Of a stretch of 64,000 nt of DNA, positions 50,981-64,000 are shown one piece after another; the first letter of the stretch is position 1; the number at the start of each line of letters is the position of its first letter. The DNA is taken from positions 30,814,001-30,878,000 of the forward strand of contig CM022665.1 of NCBI GenBank assembly GCA_012295275.1, written 5' to 3'. The stretch is from Chrysomallon squamiferum (taxonomy: Eukaryota > Animalia > Mollusca). Made by a program: the position numbers and the translations under genes. Below the pieces are notes generated by a model, which worked only from the letters and a program-made list of their open reading frames with translations, was not told where the DNA came from and searched no databases.

Positions 50981-51876
50981 TTAATAATAAAATTTTAAAA
51001 AAAAGAAGAAGAAGGACTGTATTATGTTGATTTGACAGAGAGTACATGCATCACTCTGTTTTGCTTTTGTGTTGTTGTTTTTTTTAAACTGTAGATTAAA
51101 GGGCAGGTGAATAAATTCATCTAGTATCGACCAGTTGTGAACATTAGTATGTGTACGTACTGCCTAAGATACTGTTATACAGAAATACTGACCAGATTAT
51201 TAAAATTTTATTTCAAAAAATTATCTTTAGTTTGTAATTCTATGTTTTTGGATATAAAGACATCATTTTTATTTTAAAGATAAATATTTTATTATAGAGA
51301 TAAAACAAAAACTTAGCTTGCAGACAGGAATAAACAAACAATGGATTAATACTTTGTTGAACTGGCCAGTGTTGTGAGAAAATTGTAGAACTAATAGAAA
51401 ATAAATTCATTGTATATATATCAAAGCCATATTTTAAATTTTGTAACTGAATGCTAGGGTTAATTTATAGTAGAATAATTTTTCAATTTTATCATAGATC
51501 ATAATTATTTTTATATTGAATATGCACTTGACATGCATTTAGTAATTATGCTTAATATTGAAATTTGAAGAGGTATTGTTAAACAGTAATTCATTTCATT
51601 TTTGTTTTATCTCAGAACTGTATTTCCTTTACATGCTTGAAGTGTAATGTTATAACACGCTGTCTTGTACTGATAGTTTGATAGTTTCCTTTTAATACGA
51701 CTTTGACCTTGCATATTTACTCACTAAATAAATAGAAAATTTAAACTGTTACAAATAGAACTGATATGTACAGTCATTAACATTCACTGGTAAATGTAAC
51801 AGTTACATATTTTAGAAGCATATTATTTTTATCTTTTTTTTTTTTTTTTTTTTTCAGATCACAAAGATCTGTGAAG

Positions 51877-58168
<6,292 letters not shown>

Positions 58169-61100
58169 GAGAAAGAACATTTTTAGTTTATTTAACAGTA
58201 GTTAATATGTCTCTTGACACATCTTTATCAGTGTTTGATTTTATTTAATCATGTAGGAAAGCAAATACGTGCTATTAATTCTTATTTTGATATTATTTCT
58301 TTATAATCAAAATATACTTCACTGAAAAGTTTGAGGAGCTGATGTTTGGTATGTAAGAGATTAATAAATTATGATACAAATTGTGTTTTTAAAAACAGAA
58401 ATCTTATTTCTCTGATACTAAATGTATAAGAAAGATATACACAAACATGCCACATTAAACTCATATTAAATTAGAATCAATATTTAAAAAAATAATGTTG
58501 AAGTGATTAAATTGTGGATCTTAACATTGTCAAACATTGTGATTAAAATGATTTTGTTTAATTTTCTCTCACTGTATCATGCTTTTAGTGACATCCTTAT
58601 ATGACTGATATTGTTGGAAGGTGCCATATTGCATTTTTTTATTTTACATAAACAATTTTATCTAATAGTTTTTTAATTATTAAATTTATTATTAATTTTT
58701 TTAATTAATAACTGAGCCATACTCTACTAAAGGTTTTTGTTGATATTTATATAAATTTACGGTTCAAAATATTATAACGTGAGTATATCCATTCTCCATT
58801 TTTGTTGTTATTTAGTTTTGACAAAGCAAAAACATCCTCATTAGACAAGGTAACCATAAGTGCACTGAATAAGAAATAAAATTCTCCGCATCTCCTTGAA
58901 ATTAGCTTGATAAATTTGTTTTTTAAAAAGAATTACTATTATTATTATTTTAAAGTTTAATTACTCTCTTGCAGATGACTTCGACATAAATAATAAAAGG
59001 GAAAAAAGAGAAAGATAAGAATTAATAATTTTTATAAGTAAAAAATATGTTTTGGTCACATTTGCCATATGCATTAATTAGTAATAGGACTGATCATTTG
59101 AGCATTACATTCTATTTTTTCATATACATTAAAAAACTAAGCTAGAAGGTTTTGTAATTTGTTGCTTTGTTGGGTTTTACAGATTTAGTTTTTATGTTAC
59201 TCTGGCAAACCACATATATAAAATAAAAGAATTTTAAGTTTGTTAATACAATTAAAACAAATTTTAAAATAATCTTGAAGTTCCTGTAATTTGAAGAAAA
59301 AAGTTGTCTCTTTGTGATGTTGAAAACACATTCAAGTTTTATTTTAATGTCTTATTTTTTTATTCTTTTTCAGTTCTTGTCTGTTTATATGACATGGTAT
59401 AAAAAAAAAAAAAATTAAAAGAGAATTAAAAGATAAAAAAAGGAAAAACATCTTAAATCAGAGTGAACTGTTACATCTAGTCTAGTAATCATTTGCATGC
59501 ACAGACAAATCAATCATTAAAACTCATATCACCTATATTTATTAATGTACAATCAAATAAGTTTTTATTTTCTCTTTAATTGTTTTCTATTTCATTTTTA
59601 CTATAAATCTTTTTTATTTTTATTTTGCTTTTTAAATTTTTATATGTACAAAACATTGCTTTGCTTGACTGATCAAACTTGCAGCTACAAGATACTCACC
59701 TTATTAAAAGAATTTTATGCTTTGCGAGCTCAGCTATTATTATTAGCCGTCCATATTTTACTGCTGATAGGAAGTCAGAACAACATCCTCAATGTTTTGG
59801 GTTTTTGTTTTGAGTTTTTTTTTTTTTTTTTTGATTTTAATTTTAATTTCTCTGGAAAATCTCCCACCATTTATTATTTTAACTTTATTTATTCTTTTAA
59901 AGTGTACCTGTGGCAGTAAAACTAACAGTTTAAATATTTTGATTATTGAATTTGTTTCTAGTAATTAATTTTTGACTAATTACAAAATACGTTAATAAAA
60001 ATTAATAAGAAACCTGTGAGGATATGTGATTGATGACATTTTTCTCCCTTTTTACAAACAGAAATGATAAAAATATCTTTGTTAGACTGAGTATACATTA
60101 ACTTTGAAATTACTTACTCTGTAATGTTTTGGAAAAGAATATTTGAGTTTTAGGAAATAACAAAAAAAGAGAAAATGCATTCTGCTTGGCTAGTATTTTA
60201 TGGTTAGGTTTTAACAAATGTTTATATGACTGTTTGGAAGTGGACATTACATAATTTTTTAGACTGTTTGTTTGTACAACCAAAGGTATACACTTTAATT
60301 GTGTGGAAGTATTTGGTACTGTTGTGCCGTTCTTACTGTGATATTTTGTTGTTGATGTTAAATATTACCCAGTCCTTGTAAAATTACCTAGCAGAAAGAT
60401 ATACATATACTTTTCATCTGTGTACAATATGTTTCAGTTTCACCTTTGTTTTATGATACAGGTAAGTTTGAAAAGTTTAAAAGTGAAAAAAAAGAAATGA
60501 AAAAAGAATAGATAATTAATACAGTAACATAAGTGATTTTGAAAGAAAACAATTATTAATATATAATTTATTTACTGTAGAGAATTAAATTATCAAAAAT
60601 GTTTAAATGAGATTAGAAAATGTACTTTCTACTGGGCATGTACAAACAGGGCCTTTTATTAATTTATATTTGTAGTTTTTATAGAATCTCTTATATGTTT
60701 TTGTCTGTACATACATATATATGTATGTATGTATGTATATGTATGTATGCTTATCAACTTTTTTATGTGCATGTGCTTATGAAATGTACTGTTATGTTGA
60801 CACCAAGTGGATTTTAAAAATATTGGGCCAGTAAATTCAAAATAAATAAATAAATAAGTAAATAAGTGTTTTAGTATCTGTAATATAAACATTAAAAATA
60901 ACAAATAGAAATTGCATTCTATGATGAAATTTCCTTCTATAAAATATATATGTGTGTGTGTGTGCTACATTAGCATGCATTGAAGATAGAAAGTTATACT
61001 GAAATAACATTATATCAGATATGCTCATTTATAACATACAAATACATTTTGTATATTTCCAAATTAAGTTATTCCTGGAGACTAATCTGTGGTAATTTTA

Positions 61101-64000
61101 AAATATAATGATAATTTAACAAACACTGATGGGTCAAATAATGTTTTCTCTTCATTCGTGACATTCAATAAAACTTACAAATAACTCAAGTTCCTATGTT
61201 CTTTTGTTGTATCACATTGCATTAAACATTTCATTAAAATAATAATAATAATAATAATAATAAAATACTGACATCACATTCTTATTATACATTATCATTA
61301 ACAAAGATTGGTTTTAAGTTGCAAATAAAACTGATCCTTTTGAAGTGTACAAAATGTATTTATCACTAAATGCACACTTTAACAAAGTACTTGGATTTTT
61401 ATCATGCAATTTTGTTTTGTTTTTTTTAAAGCAGAAATGAAATATTATCTATAGACATTAAAATTTATATAGGGTCCAAATAAGATGTATCAATTTTTTG
61501 TCTTTGTTATGTGTATATATGGTAATGAAAAAATACCTGCATTCTTAAAACTTTTTATGCTTTTTTAAAAATTTATTATTTCATGAATGTATTTTTTTTT
61601 TTTTTTTTAAACTTTAGCTTATTGTATTAACACAAAATGTTTTGGGATGTTAATTTAAAAGAATTGTACATTTTTATTTTATTTAAAGCACTATTTTTTG
61701 TTAGTGGATTGATAAATTTAATATTTAAAGCTAAATACACTGTGTGTAATATAAGTGTATATGTCATACATAATAGTCGTATTGTCATTTCGCTCTGCTG
61801 TTTTTATGTGACAGTTACATAACATGAAATTGTGAACTACTGAACTTCAGAAATATAAAATATTAACTAAAAATACTGAACATATCTGCTTCTGATATTA
61901 TCTGTTAATTCTCTATTATTAAAAATAAAAACCTAAGCTGATTTCAGAGTGAGTTAACTTGACCATTACTGTGGTGAATATAGCTAGAGATGACTTTCAT
62001 TGTAAAGAAAATTATGTTAGTCAATAAAAATAGGTGGTGCCATTAGGATGCAGTTTCCCTATCATATGCAAATAATTAAAAAAAAATAGTTGGAAAGAAA
62101 AACGTATACGGTTACGGAAAGGATGTGATTGTGCATTTTAAATTCATACATGTTACCTTTGAATTATCAATATGTATTCTGAATACAAAAGTGGAGATAT
62201 TATTTTTAAAATTTTAAGAATGCTTTACTTGTATTTTGGAAAAGATCAGATGTCATTTATTTACAGAATAAAGTAATTTTCTCTTTTGTTTCATTTGTTT
62301 AATTTATTATTTGAACTAAAACTATCCATTTTAACTACTGAATAGCTGATAATTATTTTTCTCTTCTTTACTGTTCATTTGGCTATTAGAGAACAAATTC
62401 TGTCTCTGAAATCTTTGAATTTTAATGGAACAATAATAAAATACGTACATTTCAAAAACAAGAACTAAAAATAAAAAACCAAATTCAGATACCTCATTAA
62501 GCTATTTATATATTTTTACTGATTTATAAACTTACTTTGATATGATGAGATATTTTAATCTTTTGATAAGCTTTAGTGACAGCTATAATGGTCATGATTT
62601 TGACTTATTCTGTTAAGAAAGAATATCTGGTGTATCATGTTTGCCTTCTTGGTAGTGAAGGATTATTTTATTATTTTATTTTTTTGAAAGCTTTTGCTCA
62701 CATTAAAACCTATTTCTACACTGCATTTCAGAAACTTCTATGAAAATTAAAAACAAACTTCGTAATAATTTTTGTAAATTTTATTTTTGTTAGAAAACAA
62801 ATCACAGGGCAATCACAGCCCATTGCACAATCAAAAAAATACTGCACATTATCAAATTAAACAAAACAGCATCCAGCAGTTAGTTAAAATTCTACAATGT
62901 ATTATATGATTCACATATAACAATCATCTAACGGATTTAAAAATTAATTAAAATATACATATTAATTAATAAAGAAAAAAGTTAATTCCATGAAACTGGA
63001 ATGAGGACATTGTGTCATGCTTTATAAAATCTGATGATTTAAATTATGAATTTATATCCCAAACATTTAAAAAAAAAAAAAAAATTATTTGTAAATTTGA
63101 AGGAAAAAAAATATTTTATTTATTTATTTAATTTAACAAAAGTTTTAATATATAAATATCCAATATACAAAGTATTTTCATTGAAGTTAATGTTTTTAAT
63201 CGTGATTACTGTAATTTTAAAATGTACCAATGAGTATTGATACATCATATTTCCTGCAGTCAGCAACATTATGAACATTGCAATTTTTGTTTCTTTGATA
63301 CAACATGTCAACAGTTTACTGATGAAAATAGATTAATGGTTACATTGCTGTAATAATAGCATCTGATATAATCTTCTTATGTTTTTACTGTTATTAAAAT
63401 ACATTTTTGGTTAAATTTATTGTTATTTATTACTTTTATTTTCCTTATAGCTTTTTCTTCATTGCATGAATTGCTCTGTTGATTCCTTATCAATACATTT
63501 ATTCTGAAACCAAAACTCTGAGACTGATATTCATAATAAAATAAAGTATATAAAATGTTAGTTTTAAAATATACAAGATTTTCTAGCCACCACTGTTAAA
63601 GATTAAAAATTATGAGATCTCCATGTAATGTGGAATAAAGTTAAAATTTTGGACACAAAACCCCAAAATACAAATATGAAATTAGATGCTTTAAAATTAA
63701 ATAACCATTGTTTTCTTGATGAATATTAATTTTTTCATTTTGTATTTTATTTTAAATAATGTAAATTCAAAAAAAAAAAAAAAAAAAAAAATGATATATA
63801 AACAATCCAATAATTATGAATTAATTTAAATGTAACATGAGGTATTTTTAGCTTTTTCTAGTGACAACAAAAATTATCAAATGCCCTTTTCAGATTATTT
63901 TAAAATAAGTCCTATTTAGATGGGCCAGTAAAAATGGCAGGAGTTTCATTTCTCATATTATTATTGTACAAAAACAATGCTAAAGAAAAGATGAATATGA

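Noticed and set aside
50814-51047. Poly-isoleucine ORF
   Set aside because: Translation of a (TAA)n microsatellite.
60438-60467. Isolated pyrimidine tract with CAG|GTAAGT downstream of PCNX4
   Set aside because: No partner exons or coding signal found in 58.2-64 kb; cannot be assigned to any gene.
58169-64000. Short F/I/L/Y-rich ORFs in the distal region
   Set aside because: Composition expected from AT-rich non-coding DNA; no recognisable domains.

Overview
AT-rich metazoan genomic DNA, probably a mollusc or other lophotrochozoan (inference). It holds four spliced protein-coding genes, which I reconstructed exon by exon from GT/AG boundaries and reading-frame phase. (1) The 3' part of a beta-heavy spectrin (SPTBN5/karst-like): + strand, 48 exons, 356-34813, about 19-20 spectrin repeats, a tetramerisation segment, a PH domain and a K-x-H-repeat tail. 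(2) A small secreted single-Kunitz-domain gene: - strand, 81 aa, with Asp at P1. (3) MED17: - strand, 14 exons, 640 aa, one GC-AG intron. (4) PCNX4: + strand, 9 coding exons, 1264 aa, head-to-head with MED17. Introns carry a DIRS/Ngaro-type RNase H relic, a decayed SINE-like element, a TA-flanked MITE and microsatellites. The most interesting signal is missing from the ORF track. The three unusually long spectrin introns each contain frame-preserving, phase-matched candidate microexons or cassette exons (18, 12, 15, 72 and 15 nt) among clustered TGCATG (Rbfox-type) motifs, plus candidate alternative C-termini. This suggests a tissue-regulated microexon programme on beta-H-spectrin. A candidate orphan box C/D snoRNA lies in MED17 intron 4. 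All alternative exons and the snoRNA are sequence-only predictions and need RNA evidence.
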